From positions 1-46,879 of the forward strand of contig JANLWX010000146.1 in assembly GCA_031364845.1 (NCBI GenBank): a stretch of DNA of 46,879 nucleotides. Reading direction: 5' to 3'. A program made the position numbers and the translations under genes. This DNA is from Candidatus Eiseniibacteriota bacterium (GTDB taxonomy: Bacteria > Eisenbacteria > RBG-16-71-46). Below the pieces are notes generated by a model. That model worked only from the letters and a program-made list of their open reading frames with translations, did no database searches and was not told the DNA's origin. Shown here in pieces: positions 26,495-36,163 of this stretch (its first letter is position 1; each line of letters begins with the position of its first letter).

Positions 26495-26893
26495 ATGATC
26501 CATGAATTCATACGCGCACGCTTCACGGCCCGCCGCGCTGTCGGCGCGCTTACGTTCGCCGCTGCCCTCACGCTCTTGTGCTCGGCTGGATGCCGAAACC
26601 AGGCGATGGCACCCGCATCACTCGGATCCACGACAATCGTGGGGACGCTGGTCGAGATCAAGGACGGTCGTGCCTATGACGGCGGCATCGACCTTACGCT
26701 CGAAACCACGAAGGGCGTGCGCGAGCTGGCGCGGGTGCCTTCTCTGTTCCGAGTGCCTCCGCGCGAGTGGGTGAGCGCGATGCACAAGGTCGTCGACGAG
26801 TCGAAGCTCGGCGATCGCATGCGTGCTCGAGGAAAGCGCGACGCCTCGGGAGCGCTGAACGTGGAAACACTCGAGAACGTGACGCCCCGATAG
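26495..26893 (+). CDS. Hypothetical lipoprotein (paralog 2)
   Basis: AGGAG RBS; lipobox-like CSAGC; DGG.DLTL...RVPS.FR.PP...AMH.VVD..K.GDR.RARG shared with the previous gene. Confidence 0.78.
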   Translation: MIHEFIRARFTARRAVGALTFAAALTLLCSAGCRNQAMAPASLGSTTIVGTLVEIKDGRAYDGGIDLTLETTKGVRELARVPSLFRVPPREWVSAMHKVVDESKLGDRMRARGKRDASGALNVETLENVTPR

Positions 26894-26957
26894 ATCCGGA
26901 CGCGCGCCGAAACCGTCCGATCGACGGTGCGGCGCGTGTTCGACTACATTCCCCCGC

Positions 26958-28193
26958 ATGAGCGCACTCGACCCACGCCGGACGATCGCCGAACTCGAGG
27001 AACTTCGCGCGCGCACCGCCGACGATAACGGTGCACAGCGCGTCGCGTTCTCGCCGACGTGGCTCGAAACGCGCGCGTGGTTGAAGGAGAAACTCGCCGC
27101 GCTTCACGTCGAAACCCACGTCGATGCCGCGGGCAATCTGTGGAGTACGCTCAAAGGCGAGTCTGAGCGTTCGGTGTTGATCGGCGGGCACATGGATTCC
27201 GTGCCCAATGGCGGATGGCTCGACGGATGCCTCAACGTGCTCGCGGGCCTCGAAGTGCTGCGGCGCATCGATTCGGATTACGGGCACCGTCCCCCGCTCA
27301 CCGTGCGGCTGGTCGACTGGGCCGATGAAGAAGGTGCCCGGTTCGGGCGCAGCCTGTTCGGCTCGTCCGCCTGTTCGGGGAATCTGGACCTCGATGAAGC
27401 GCGCGGGCTGACCGACAAGTCCGGCGCCTCCCTCCCGGACGTGCTCCGATCGATCGGCATCGACTTCGAGAGCGTGAAGGACAGCGGCCGCGAATTGCAG
27501 AACGCTGCCGCCTACCTCGAGCTTCACATCGAGCAGGGTCCGGTGCTGCTCGATCTCGATCTGCCGCTGGGTGTGGTGCTCGGCACCTACGGCGTCGAGC
27601 GGCACGCGATCACGTTCCGTGGCCAGGCCGCGCACTCGGGCAGCACGCCGATGAATCGGCGCAAGGACGCGTTCCTCGCCGCCGGACAGATGGCTTCCGA
27701 GATCTACCGCATCACGGAGCGCCACGGTGGCGTCGGCACCATCGGCTCGTGCACCACCAAACCCGGCATTGTCACGAGCGTGGTCGAGGAATGCCGCATC
27801 ACGCTCGACCAGCGCCATCTCGATGCCGCGGCACTCGCGCGTTCCCTGGCCGAGGCGCGCGCCGCGAGCGAGCGATTCGCCGAGGCGGGCGGTGTGAAGG
27901 TCGACTGGAGCCGGATCTGGACCATCGAGCCGATACTGTTCGATCCGCGGCTCATCGCGTTGTGCGAAGAGGCGGTGCTCGCGACGTGCGGGAAGACCCA
28001 TCGCCTGCCATCGGGTCCGCTGCACGATGCGGCCGAGGTCGCGCGCGCCGGTGTGCCGACCGTGATGATGTTCGTCCAGAGCCTTCACGGCATCAGCCAC
28101 AACAAGATCGAAGACACGCGCCGCGAGCATCTCGAGTTGTGCGTGACCGCGTTCGACGCGCTGGCGGAACGGGTCCTGCGCACGTTCGCTTGA
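26958..28193 (+). CDS. M20 family Zn-dependent hydrolase (hydantoinase/carbamoylase-type amidohydrolase)
   Basis: GGHMDSVPNGGWLDG, DEEGARF, ELHIEQGP, HSGSTPM, SGPLHDA, GISH. Confidence 0.92.
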   Translation: MSALDPRRTIAELEELRARTADDNGAQRVAFSPTWLETRAWLKEKLAALHVETHVDAAGNLWSTLKGESERSVLIGGHMDSVPNGGWLDGCLNVLAGLEVLRRIDSDYGHRPPLTVRLVDWADEEGARFGRSLFGSSACSGNLDLDEARGLTDKSGASLPDVLRSIGIDFESVKDSGRELQNAAAYLELHIEQGPVLLDLDLPLGVVLGTYGVERHAITFRGQAAHSGSTPMNRRKDAFLAAGQMASEIYRITERHGGVGTIGSCTTKPGIVTSVVEECRITLDQRHLDAAALARSLAEARAASERFAEAGGVKVDWSRIWTIEPILFDPRLIALCEEAVLATCGKTHRLPSGPLHDAAEVARAGVPTVMMFVQSLHGISHNKIEDTRREHLELCVTAFDALAERVLRTFA

Positions 28194-28215
28194 TCTTGGC
28201 CGTGTCCCCGATGGC

Positions 28216-28551
28216 TCAGGCTTCCATAGGGCGAACCGGCGTCTCGCTCGCCGTTGCGGCACCATCGCTGCCATCACGCCCACCCCGCCAACGATTCCCA
28301 GTGCGTGCCGTCGGCTGAATGTTCGCTTTGAACAGGATCTGCGAGAGAAGGATCAGTCCCCACGCCTGCCAGAAGCTGATCGGCTTGAATCCGAAGATGT
28401 CTCCCACCGTCACGCGCCACAGCCACGCGACCAGAGTGCCGAGGCCGAGAAAGAAACCGGCCATCGCGAGCACGCCGAGGGGTGCGATCCAGAACAGGTT
28501 CCGGCGGAAGAAGCGGCGCCGGCTGGCGCGGCGGTCCTCGTGATGAGTCAT
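28216..28551 (-). CDS. Hypothetical membrane protein
   Basis: Arg-rich N-terminus, then VAWLW...IFG..PISFWQAWGLILLSQILF. Confidence 0.75.
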   Translation of the reverse strand: MTHHEDRRASRRRFFRRNLFWIAPLGVLAMAGFFLGLGTLVAWLWRVTVGDIFGFKPISFWQAWGLILLSQILFKANIQPTARTGNRWRGGRDGSDGAATASETPVRPMEA

Positions 28552-28564
28552 GGCAACCGTCCTT

Positions 28565-28801
28565 TCAGACGAGATCGACGCGGTATTCCGCGTCGGTGGC
28601 AGTGACCAGATCGACCAGATAATTGAGGTAGCCGAAACCCAGAATATTCCCGAACTCGCGCGCGATTCCGGCGACCGCGCTCCGCGCGCGAGCGCGCTCC
28701 AGGATCTGCCCGCCGCGGGCAATCACGCGACGGTCGAGCGCCTTCGGAACCTCGGGAAGCTCATATCCGCGCAACAGCAGCTCGAGACGATCGTCATTCA
28801 T
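28565..28801 (-). CDS. Small hypothetical protein, possible anti-sigma factor
   Basis: Overlaps the sigma-factor stop by 8 nt; GGAG upstream; 78 aa. Confidence 0.6.
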   Translation of the reverse strand: MNDDRLELLLRGYELPEVPKALDRRVIARGGQILERARARSAVAGIAREFGNILGFGYLNYLVDLVTATDAEYRVDLV

Positions 28802-29312
28802 GCGTATCGAGCTCCCTTCTCAGCTTCGCGATCGCGTAGTGATAACGCGCGATGGCGGTGTTGACGGGCGTTTCCTGGAGTAAAGCGATCGCCGTGAACT
28901 CCATGTCGTGCCAAGTGCGTAGAACCACCACTTCACGTTGTTCCTCAGGTAATGAAAGCAGCAGACGATTGAATGTGTTTCGAAGTGCGATCCGCTCTTC
29001 ATCTCCCCCCGGCGCCACCAGAAGTTCGACGGGAACGTCATCGAGCTCAACCTCCGGACGCCGGCGCAGCCGGTCGAGGCAGCGGTTTCGCACCGAGGCG
29101 TACAAGTAAGGCGCTGAGTCGCGAGGCGTGTTCCCCGCGGCATGCTGCCGAACCCATCCCAGGAACGCGTCCTGCACCGCGTCCTCCGCGGCTTCCCGGC
29201 TTCGCACCAGGCTCAAGGCGTACTGATAGAGGCGCGTGCGATAGCCTTCGTAGAGCTCGATGAAGACCGCTTCATCTTCGCCCGGTGCACCGTGTTCCTG
29301 CCGCCCGTCCAC
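28794..29312 (-). CDS. ECF RNA polymerase sigma factor
   Basis: AEDAVQDAFL, YLYASVRNRCLDRLR, LPEEQREVVVLR; GGAGGA RBS. Confidence 0.92.
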   Translation of the reverse strand: MDGRQEHGAPGEDEAVFIELYEGYRTRLYQYALSLVRSREAAEDAVQDAFLGWVRQHAAGNTPRDSAPYLYASVRNRCLDRLRRRPEVELDDVPVELLVAPGGDEERIALRNTFNRLLLSLPEEQREVVVLRTWHDMEFTAIALLQETPVNTAIARYHYAIAKLRRELDTHE

Positions 29313-29380
29313 GTTCCTCCAATCATCGCCGTTGCAACCCTGACGGACGAGAGCCCCGGAACATTGTAAGCTGCCGCGCG

Positions 29381-30067
29381 ATGACCGACTCCGCCCGTAT
29401 TCCGTTGCTGCGACATGCGCCCGCTCAGGTCCATGGACGCTACTTCATCCAGCCCCCGCCCCCGTCGGGCGCAGGCTCACTGTGGCTCGTCGGGTTTCAC
29501 GGGCAGGGACAGACGGCCGACGAGTTTCTCGAGTTCCTCGATCGGGTTCCGCGCAGTGCGGCATGGCGAATCGCGTCGGTGCAGGGTCTCAACCGTCACT
29601 ACGCGAGCCGCGGGCAGCGCATCACGGCGAACTGGATGACATCTCAGGATCGCGAACTGGCGATCGCCGACAACGTCGCCTGGGTGAACTCCGTGCTCGA
29701 TGCGATCGAGGACGAGTTCGGCGCGCCGCGCGCCATCGTGTTCGCGGGCTTCTCGCAGGGTGTGGCGATGGCGTATCGCGCGGGGCTGCTGGGACGCAGG
29801 CCGTGCGCCGCGATCATCGCGGGCTGCGGCGACGTGCCGCCGGAACTCGGCACCGTGGCGACGCGCGAGTGGCCGCGCGTGCTCGCGGCGACCGGGTCGA
29901 GTGACGCGTGGTACACGCCGGCTCGGCTGGACGCCGACCTCGCATTTCTCAGAGCGCGTGGAGCGGATGCGAGCACGCTCGTGTTCGAAGGTGGGCACGA
30001 GTGGTCGGATGCGTTGTCACATGCGGTAGGGAATCTGTTGAAGGACATCGAAGATCGCTGTCATTGA
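29381..30067 (+). CDS. Phospholipase/carboxylesterase family alpha/beta hydrolase
   Basis: GFHGQGQ, GFSQG nucleophile elbow, D.W, FEGGH. Confidence 0.88.
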   Translation: MTDSARIPLLRHAPAQVHGRYFIQPPPPSGAGSLWLVGFHGQGQTADEFLEFLDRVPRSAAWRIASVQGLNRHYASRGQRITANWMTSQDRELAIADNVAWVNSVLDAIEDEFGAPRAIVFAGFSQGVAMAYRAGLLGRRPCAAIIAGCGDVPPELGTVATREWPRVLAATGSSDAWYTPARLDADLAFLRARGADASTLVFEGGHEWSDALSHAVGNLLKDIEDRCH

Positions 30068-30095
30068 ATTCACAGAGTGTCATCGGGAGGCCGTC

Positions 30096-30614
30096 ATGCG
30101 AATGATTCGTCTGTTGCCCGCACTGTGTCTGGTCGGAATCATGGGTTGCGCCGCCTCGTCGGGTTGGGACCCGCAGGGTGCCACATCGCTCAAGCAGAAA
30201 GCGGTCGAGATGCTGGGCGACCTCGATGCCGGCAACTTCCAGGCGATGTTCGAAGGCGCCGACTCCAACATCGTCGTGATGGACGTCGATGAGAACAATG
30301 CACCGATGCGCGCGGACGGAATCGGTGAAGCCAACGCATTCGCAGCCCGCATGACCGATCTCACAAAGAATCAGGGCCTCAAGTTCACATCGACCGTGAC
30401 TCGCAACGACGCGTGGGCGACGGCGACGATGGGATACTGCGTCATCGAATACGATCAGACGATTGCCGCCGGCGGTCAGACCATGGGCCCGTTCAAGTTC
30501 CGAGGCACGCTGATCGCCCGGCGCGACGGTGATCGCTGGCTGACCACCCACTGGCACGGCTCATTCCGCGAGATGCCGGCGCCGCCCGCCGACACCACCG
30601 CGACTCCACAATAG
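30096..30614 (+). CDS. SnoaL-like/NTF2-fold lipoprotein
   Basis: Lipobox IMGC; C-terminal RGTLIARRDGDRWLTTHWHGS typical of SnoaL/DUF4440; GGAGG RBS. Confidence 0.75.
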   Translation: MRMIRLLPALCLVGIMGCAASSGWDPQGATSLKQKAVEMLGDLDAGNFQAMFEGADSNIVVMDVDENNAPMRADGIGEANAFAARMTDLTKNQGLKFTSTVTRNDAWATATMGYCVIEYDQTIAAGGQTMGPFKFRGTLIARRDGDRWLTTHWHGSFREMPAPPADTTATPQ

Positions 30615-30691
30615 CGTCGAGAGCGGGCCGCACGGTGCGCGCGGCTCGCACTGCACTCTCCGCGCTTCGCCGTTCCCATTTCGGAGCCTCC

Positions 30692-33685
30692 ATGAATCTG
30701 AGACGCATCGTCACCGTGCTCATCTCCTTCGCGGCGCTGAGCTCCGCACCGGCTTTCGCGGCTCTACCCGATGGTGTCGCACGCATTCATTACCATCGTC
30801 CGAAAGGCGACTACACCGGCTGGGGCTTGCACGCCTGGGAGGACACACCGCTCAAGATCGAATGGTCGAGCCCGTTGCCGGTGACGGCGCGTGACGACTG
30901 GGGCGTGTACTGGGATGTGCCGCTCAAAGATGGCGCAAAGAAGCTCGGGTTCATCGTGCACAAGGGCGATCAGAAGGATCCGGGTGCGGATCAATTTCTC
31001 GATCCCGCGCTCCTGCGCGAGGTGTGGGTCGTTTCGGGCCGCAACGAACTCGCGCAGACACCGCCCGACGTGAGCGCGCTGGCGTCCGGCGACCTCACGC
31101 GTGCGAAGGCCCATTGGCTCGATCGCGACACGTTCGTGTGGCCGGGTATGGCGGCCACGGCCGAGGTGCGGCTGCATGCGTCTCCCGAGGCGAGCCTCAA
31201 ACTCGGACGCGACGGCATCACGGGCGGTGAATCGTTCGTGTTGAGAAACGAGCCCGCGGGGATCGGTCCGGAACTGCGGGCGGCGTTCCCGCATCTCGCG
31301 GGTGCTGCTGCGTTCACGCTCGACGGCTTGGACACGACGAAGGTGACAGCACTGCTCAAGGGTCAGATCGTGTTGTCGGCCCGGTTGCCCGATGGTTCCC
31401 GCGATGCGACCGGTCTTCAGATTCCCGGTGTGCTCGACGATCGGTTCGCGACCGACGCCGTACTCGGCGTCGTGTGGCAGCGCGGGATCCCGACGTTGCG
31501 GCTGTGGGCTCCGACCGCGCAAAAGGTTCGTCTTCATCTGTTCGACGGGCCACGCACCGATAAGCCGGCGCAAGTGATCGACATGATCGAAACGCGCGGG
31601 GTGTGGAGCGCGACGGGAACTGCATCATGGAAGGGGCGCTATTACCTCTACGAGGTGTCGGTGTACACGCCGGCGTCCGGGCGCATCGAAGTCGCGCGCG
31701 TCACCGATCCCTATTCCCGCAGCCTCGCGCGCAACTCGGAGCGCTCGCAGATCGTGGATCTCGCGGACCCCGCACTGGCGCCCGCGGGCTGGGCAACGCA
31801 GAAGAAGCCGCCGCTCGCGGCTCCCGAGGACGCGGTCGTCTACGAGCTTCACGTGCGGGACTTCAGCGCCACCGATGCCACCGTGCCCGACTCGCTGCGC
31901 GGCACCTATCTCGCGTTCACGCGCGAGTCGAACGGCACGAAGCATCTGCGCTCGCTGGCGGCTGCCGGGCTCACGCACGTCCACCTGTTGCCGAGCTTCG
32001 ACATCGCGACCGTCAACGAGGATCGCGCCACGTGGCAGAGCCCGGGTGATTTCACGCGCTTCGCTCCCGACGGCGAGGAGCAGCAGGCGGCGGTCGCGAA
32101 AGTGCGTATGACCGACGGCTTCAACTGGGGCTACGATCCGTATCACTACGGCGTCCCCGAAGGAAGCTATACGACCCGGCCCGACGGCACCGCGCGCATC
32201 GTCGAGTTCCGCCGCATGGTGCAGTCGCTGTCGGACATGGGTCTGCGGGTCGTGATGGACGTCGTCTACAACCACACGCATGCGGCCGGGATCGCGCCGC
32301 ACTCCGTGCTCGACCGCATCGTGCCGGGCTACTACCAGAGGCTCAATGCCGATGGCGTCGTCGAGAACAGCACCTGCTGCTCCAACACCGCGACCGAACA
32401 CCGCATGATGGAGAAGCTCATGGTGGACGATCTCGTTCATTGGGCGCGCGACTTTCATGTCGACGGCTTTCGCTTCGACCTGATGGGCCACCACATGAAA
32501 CGCAACCTCGAGCACGCGCGGGACGCGCTGCACGCGCTCACGCCCGAACGCGATGGCGTGGAAGGTCCGGCAATCCTCTTGTATGGCGAGGGCTGGGACT
32601 TCGGCGAGGTGCAGGGCGGAAAGCGCGGGCCGAACGCCACGCAGCGCAACATGGCCGGCACCGGCATCGCGACGTTCAACGATCGCCTGCGCGATGCCAC
32701 GCGCGGCGGCAGTCCGTTCAGCGACCGTCGCGAGCAGGGCTTCGCGACCGGGCGCTTCACGGCGCCCGGCGAGATGGACCGCCCCGATGACGCTAGCCGC
32801 GTGGCGCTGCTCGATGCGGCCGACCGCATCCGCGTGGGACTCGCGGGCAATCTCGCCGGGTATCGCTTCACCGACCGCCGCGGGAACGCGAACACCGGCG
32901 GCGGGCTCGGGGGCACCGGTTACACCTCCGATCCACAGGAGTGCATCAACTACGTCGAGGCACACGACAACGAGACGCTGTGGGACAAGATCCTCTACGC
33001 CGCGCCCGCTTCGGCGACGCTCTCCGACCGTGTCCGCATGCAGATGCTCGCACTCTCGGTGCCCGCACTCGCGCAGGGGATTCCGTTCTTCCACGCGGGC
33101 GGCGAGGTGCTGCGGACCAAATCGCTCGACACGGATTCGTACGACTCCGGCGATGCCTTCAACCGGCTGGAGCTCGGCTACGATACGAATGGCTGGGGCA
33201 TGGGCCTGCCGCCGGCCGAGAAGAATCGCGATCGCTGGCCGACGATCCGCGACCGCATCCGCCGCGCCGAGCTGGCGCCGAAGCGCGCCGAGATCAAGCT
33301 GGCCCTCGGATCGTTTCAGGATGTGCTCGCGGTGCGCCGCAGCTCTCCCCTGTTCCGCCTTCGCACAGCCGAAGAGGTGCAGGCGCGAGTCGGATTCCTC
33401 AACACGGGGCCGACGCAGGTGCCTGGACTCATCGTGATGACGCTGTCGGACGCGATCGAGGGCCGTGAGGATCTGGATCCGCGCTGGGAACAGATCGCGG
33501 TCGTCTTCAATGGCACGCCGACCGAGCAACGCATCGTTCACCCGGCCTTCGCTCAACGTGCATTCGAACTGCACCCGCGCCTGCGCGAGGGTGCGGACCC
33601 GGTGGCGCGTACGGCGCGCGTCGACCGTTCTGCGAGCGCGATCGTGACTCCGGCGCGGACGACCGTCGTGTTCGTCGCGCCGTGA
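30692..33685 (+). CDS. pulA: Pullulanase-type alpha-1,6-glucosidase (GH13, N-terminal CBM41-like)
   Basis: Signal peptide; IHYHRP..DY.GWGLH.W; FNWGYDP, DVVYNH, GFRFDLMGH, YGEGW, YVEAHDNET. Confidence 0.93.
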   Translation: MNLRRIVTVLISFAALSSAPAFAALPDGVARIHYHRPKGDYTGWGLHAWEDTPLKIEWSSPLPVTARDDWGVYWDVPLKDGAKKLGFIVHKGDQKDPGADQFLDPALLREVWVVSGRNELAQTPPDVSALASGDLTRAKAHWLDRDTFVWPGMAATAEVRLHASPEASLKLGRDGITGGESFVLRNEPAGIGPELRAAFPHLAGAAAFTLDGLDTTKVTALLKGQIVLSARLPDGSRDATGLQIPGVLDDRFATDAVLGVVWQRGIPTLRLWAPTAQKVRLHLFDGPRTDKPAQVIDMIETRGVWSATGTASWKGRYYLYEVSVYTPASGRIEVARVTDPYSRSLARNSERSQIVDLADPALAPAGWATQKKPPLAAPEDAVVYELHVRDFSATDATVPDSLRGTYLAFTRESNGTKHLRSLAAAGLTHVHLLPSFDIATVNEDRATWQSPGDFTRFAPDGEEQQAAVAKVRMTDGFNWGYDPYHYGVPEGSYTTRPDGTARIVEFRRMVQSLSDMGLRVVMDVVYNHTHAAGIAPHSVLDRIVPGYYQRLNADGVVENSTCCSNTATEHRMMEKLMVDDLVHWARDFHVDGFRFDLMGHHMKRNLEHARDALHALTPERDGVEGPAILLYGEGWDFGEVQGGKRGPNATQRNMAGTGIATFNDRLRDATRGGSPFSDRREQGFATGRFTAPGEMDRPDDASRVALLDAADRIRVGLAGNLAGYRFTDRRGNANTGGGLGGTGYTSDPQECINYVEAHDNETLWDKILYAAPASATLSDRVRMQMLALSVPALAQGIPFFHAGGEVLRTKSLDTDSYDSGDAFNRLELGYDTNGWGMGLPPAEKNRDRWPTIRDRIRRAELAPKRAEIKLALGSFQDVLAVRRSSPLFRLRTAEEVQARVGFLNTGPTQVPGLIVMTLSDAIEGREDLDPRWEQIAVVFNGTPTEQRIVHPAFAQRAFELHPRLREGADPVARTARVDRSASAIVTPARTTVVFVAP

Positions 33686-33700
33686 GGGACGCCGGCCACA

Positions 33701-36106
33701 TCACCACCGTGCGCCGACGCTCGCGCGCAGCGCTCGCGGTGGATTGCGCAGCCGCGGGTCGTCCACCGGAATCCACTTCCCGTTGACGGCGGACCAATAC
33801 GCCGCACCGCCCCCGCCCTCGGTGCGATAGGCGCCGTAGTCGTCGTAACGCGTGTTGATCACCGGATTCGGATAACCGTCGACGGTCGCGAACAACGCCG
33901 CCCGGTTGTCGAACAGATTGCGGGCCTCGATCCCGAACGTGAGCCCGCGCGCGTGGCGCGGGTTCCACTCGAGGTTCACGTTCGTGTTCTCGCTCCAGTC
34001 GAGCCGGCGTGAGTTCACGAGACCGAAGTCGGTGAACGGCTGACGCCGGGGTTTGGGCGTCCAGGGCAGCGGCGATGCCAGTGCACTCGACCACGAGACC
34101 CGCGTGCCGGCGCGAAAGCGGTGGGATCCGTTCAGCAGGAACGTGTGACGGCGATCCCATGAGACCGGGTGGTCGCCGATCGACATCGCGCCCGCGAAGC
34201 GCACCGGACCATACGGGTCGCCTTCGGGGCGCGACTCGTTGCCCCATGCGTTCATCCAGACGTAGTGCGCTTCGAGGCGGTTGTCGGTGCCGCTCGCGCG
34301 GGTCACGCTGATCTCGAATCCGTGCGCATGGCTTTCGTCCAAGTCCGAGTAGCGCAGGTTGATCGCGCCGCCCGGCACCCGCGCGTCGACCGCTCCCATC
34401 TGGTTGAACACATCGCGATAGAACACGGCAGCCTGCATCGCCCACTCGGGATCGAACAGGTGTTTCACCGCGGCCTCGTAGGAGATGAGCGTCGCCGGCT
34501 CGAGTGCCGGGTTCCCGAGCGGTTGCCGGTCGCTGATCGCGGTGCGCGCGTCGTAGAGGAAATCGCGTCCCGGTGACTGTTGGACGCGGACATAGGCGAG
34601 CGAGAACGCATCCTGCACCGAGATGGGATAGGTGATGCCGAGCCGCGGGGCGAGCGACCACACGCCACGGTTCGCTCCCGGCAGTGTCTGATTGGTCGCG
34701 GCGGCGCCCGGAGTGAAGTACTCGGCCCGGATTCCGGTGTGGAGGACGAGCCCGCCCGAATTCCAGCGTCCCTGAACGAACGCGTGCCCGCCCGGTGCGC
34801 TCACATTGAAGGAGCGCACTGAATCCAACGGAAAGGTCGCATCGGTGTCGAAGGCGCGCGAGGCATACGGCATCCACTCCATCTCGCGCATGGAGACGTG
34901 CTCATGCGCGAGCCCCACTCCCGCGGTGATCGAGCCGGTACGCCCCCGGAAACTGCTCTCCGCCGCCAGTGTCAGAACGTCCGATTCGTTTTCGCGGTAG
35001 ATCGGATCGTCGCCCCACATCACGTCGAACAGGTCGCGGTCGAGCGCGCTGCCATAGCGTGGACGATGGGACGCCGTGATCGGTTCGCGCCGCCCGCTGA
35101 TCGATCGAACGGTCTGCGTGTGGATCCAGCCGAGACTCACGCTCGAGCGCCGCGTTGGACGGACGCGCGCGAACTCGACGAGGCCCGCAAGTTGACGATC
35201 GTCGGTGATCGCCACGTGATCGGCGGCGCGATACCGCTGATAACCCGGCAGCGAATCCGGGCTGAACACCGGCGACAGCTTGAGGTTGGCGGGAACGTCC
35301 ACCCAGCCGTCGAGCGTCCAACTCGGATTGAACGGCCGGTGCACGAGCCGGTTCGCGAACAGCTGAACGTTGAAGCGTTCCGGCGCGCGGACCGGAGCGA
35401 GTTTCAAGAAACCGAGCATGCGGTTCTCCGCGCGCCATCCCCACGAAGTCCCGAGCACGCGCCGTCGCTGCTCGGTGCGCAACGACGGATATGCGGTGTC
35501 GTCGAACTTCATGTCGGCGGCAGCGACGATTCCGAGACCGCTGGCGCGCAGGGGCGCATCGAGGCGTGCGCCAAGCCGGTCGTAGTGCGTATCGATGCCC
35601 CCATCGGTCTGCCAGTGCCACTCCATCGCAGGCCGCTCACCGGGATCCACGGTGTGGAGATCGATCACGCCTGCGAGGCCGCCGCCGTATTGAGCTTCGG
35701 GCGCTCCACTCACGAGGTCGGCGCTGCGGATCGCGAACAACGGAACTTCGAGCGGCCGGCGCCGGAACGGCTCGTTGAGCCGCAATGCTCCAAGGCTCAC
35801 GACCGTCTCCCCCGAACGCCCGCCCCGCACGTGGAGTTCCTCGCCGTAGGCAACGACACCCGGCTGGGCGCTCAAGGCTTCGAGCAGACCATCGACTGGA
35901 AACGAGCGCAAAGCCGCGCCTTCGAGCACGCGCACCGTCTGGCTCGAGCGCATGTCGTGGAGCTGGCTGCGCACCTGAATCGCAGGGAACTCTTTGACTA
36001 CTCGGGTGCTGTCGAGGGTCCGTCGCGGGGCAGGCGTCGTGCCCGCCCCGTTCGTCATGGTGGTCGTGTCGGCGAGCAGTATCACGATCATCAGCGCGTC
36101 GAGCAT
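33701..36106 (-). CDS. TonB-dependent receptor
   Basis: Plug motifs LHVRGGRSGE and GAPEAQYGG...GVI; barrel SPRLG-like (LAPRLGITYPI), GNPAL.P, NLFD; C-terminal W; GAGGA RBS. Confidence 0.85.
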   Translation of the reverse strand: MLDALMIVILLADTTTMTNGAGTTPAPRRTLDSTRVVKEFPAIQVRSQLHDMRSSQTVRVLEGAALRSFPVDGLLEALSAQPGVVAYGEELHVRGGRSGETVVSLGALRLNEPFRRRPLEVPLFAIRSADLVSGAPEAQYGGGLAGVIDLHTVDPGERPAMEWHWQTDGGIDTHYDRLGARLDAPLRASGLGIVAAADMKFDDTAYPSLRTEQRRRVLGTSWGWRAENRMLGFLKLAPVRAPERFNVQLFANRLVHRPFNPSWTLDGWVDVPANLKLSPVFSPDSLPGYQRYRAADHVAITDDRQLAGLVEFARVRPTRRSSVSLGWIHTQTVRSISGRREPITASHRPRYGSALDRDLFDVMWGDDPIYRENESDVLTLAAESSFRGRTGSITAGVGLAHEHVSMREMEWMPYASRAFDTDATFPLDSVRSFNVSAPGGHAFVQGRWNSGGLVLHTGIRAEYFTPGAAATNQTLPGANRGVWSLAPRLGITYPISVQDAFSLAYVRVQQSPGRDFLYDARTAISDRQPLGNPALEPATLISYEAAVKHLFDPEWAMQAAVFYRDVFNQMGAVDARVPGGAINLRYSDLDESHAHGFEISVTRASGTDNRLEAHYVWMNAWGNESRPEGDPYGPVRFAGAMSIGDHPVSWDRRHTFLLNGSHRFRAGTRVSWSSALASPLPWTPKPRRQPFTDFGLVNSRRLDWSENTNVNLEWNPRHARGLTFGIEARNLFDNRAALFATVDGYPNPVINTRYDDYGAYRTEGGGGAAYWSAVNGKWIPVDDPRLRNPPRALRASVGARW

Positions 36107-36129
36107 CGTGTCCTCGGCTGGAACCCGAC

Positions 36130-36163
36130 AAAAAAACGGCCGGGCTCATCGGAAGCCCGGCCG
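36130..36163 (-). terminator. Intrinsic terminator in the 5' region of the TonB-dependent receptor gene
   Basis: Minus strand CGGCCGGGCT-7 nt loop-AGCCCGGCCG (perfect 10 bp) followed by T7, ending 24 nt before the ATG. Confidence 0.85.

Noticed and set aside
30692..36106. Pullulanase plus TonB receptor as a polysaccharide utilisation locus
   Set aside because: Genes are convergent, with no SusD-like partner or regulator; no evidence of functional linkage.
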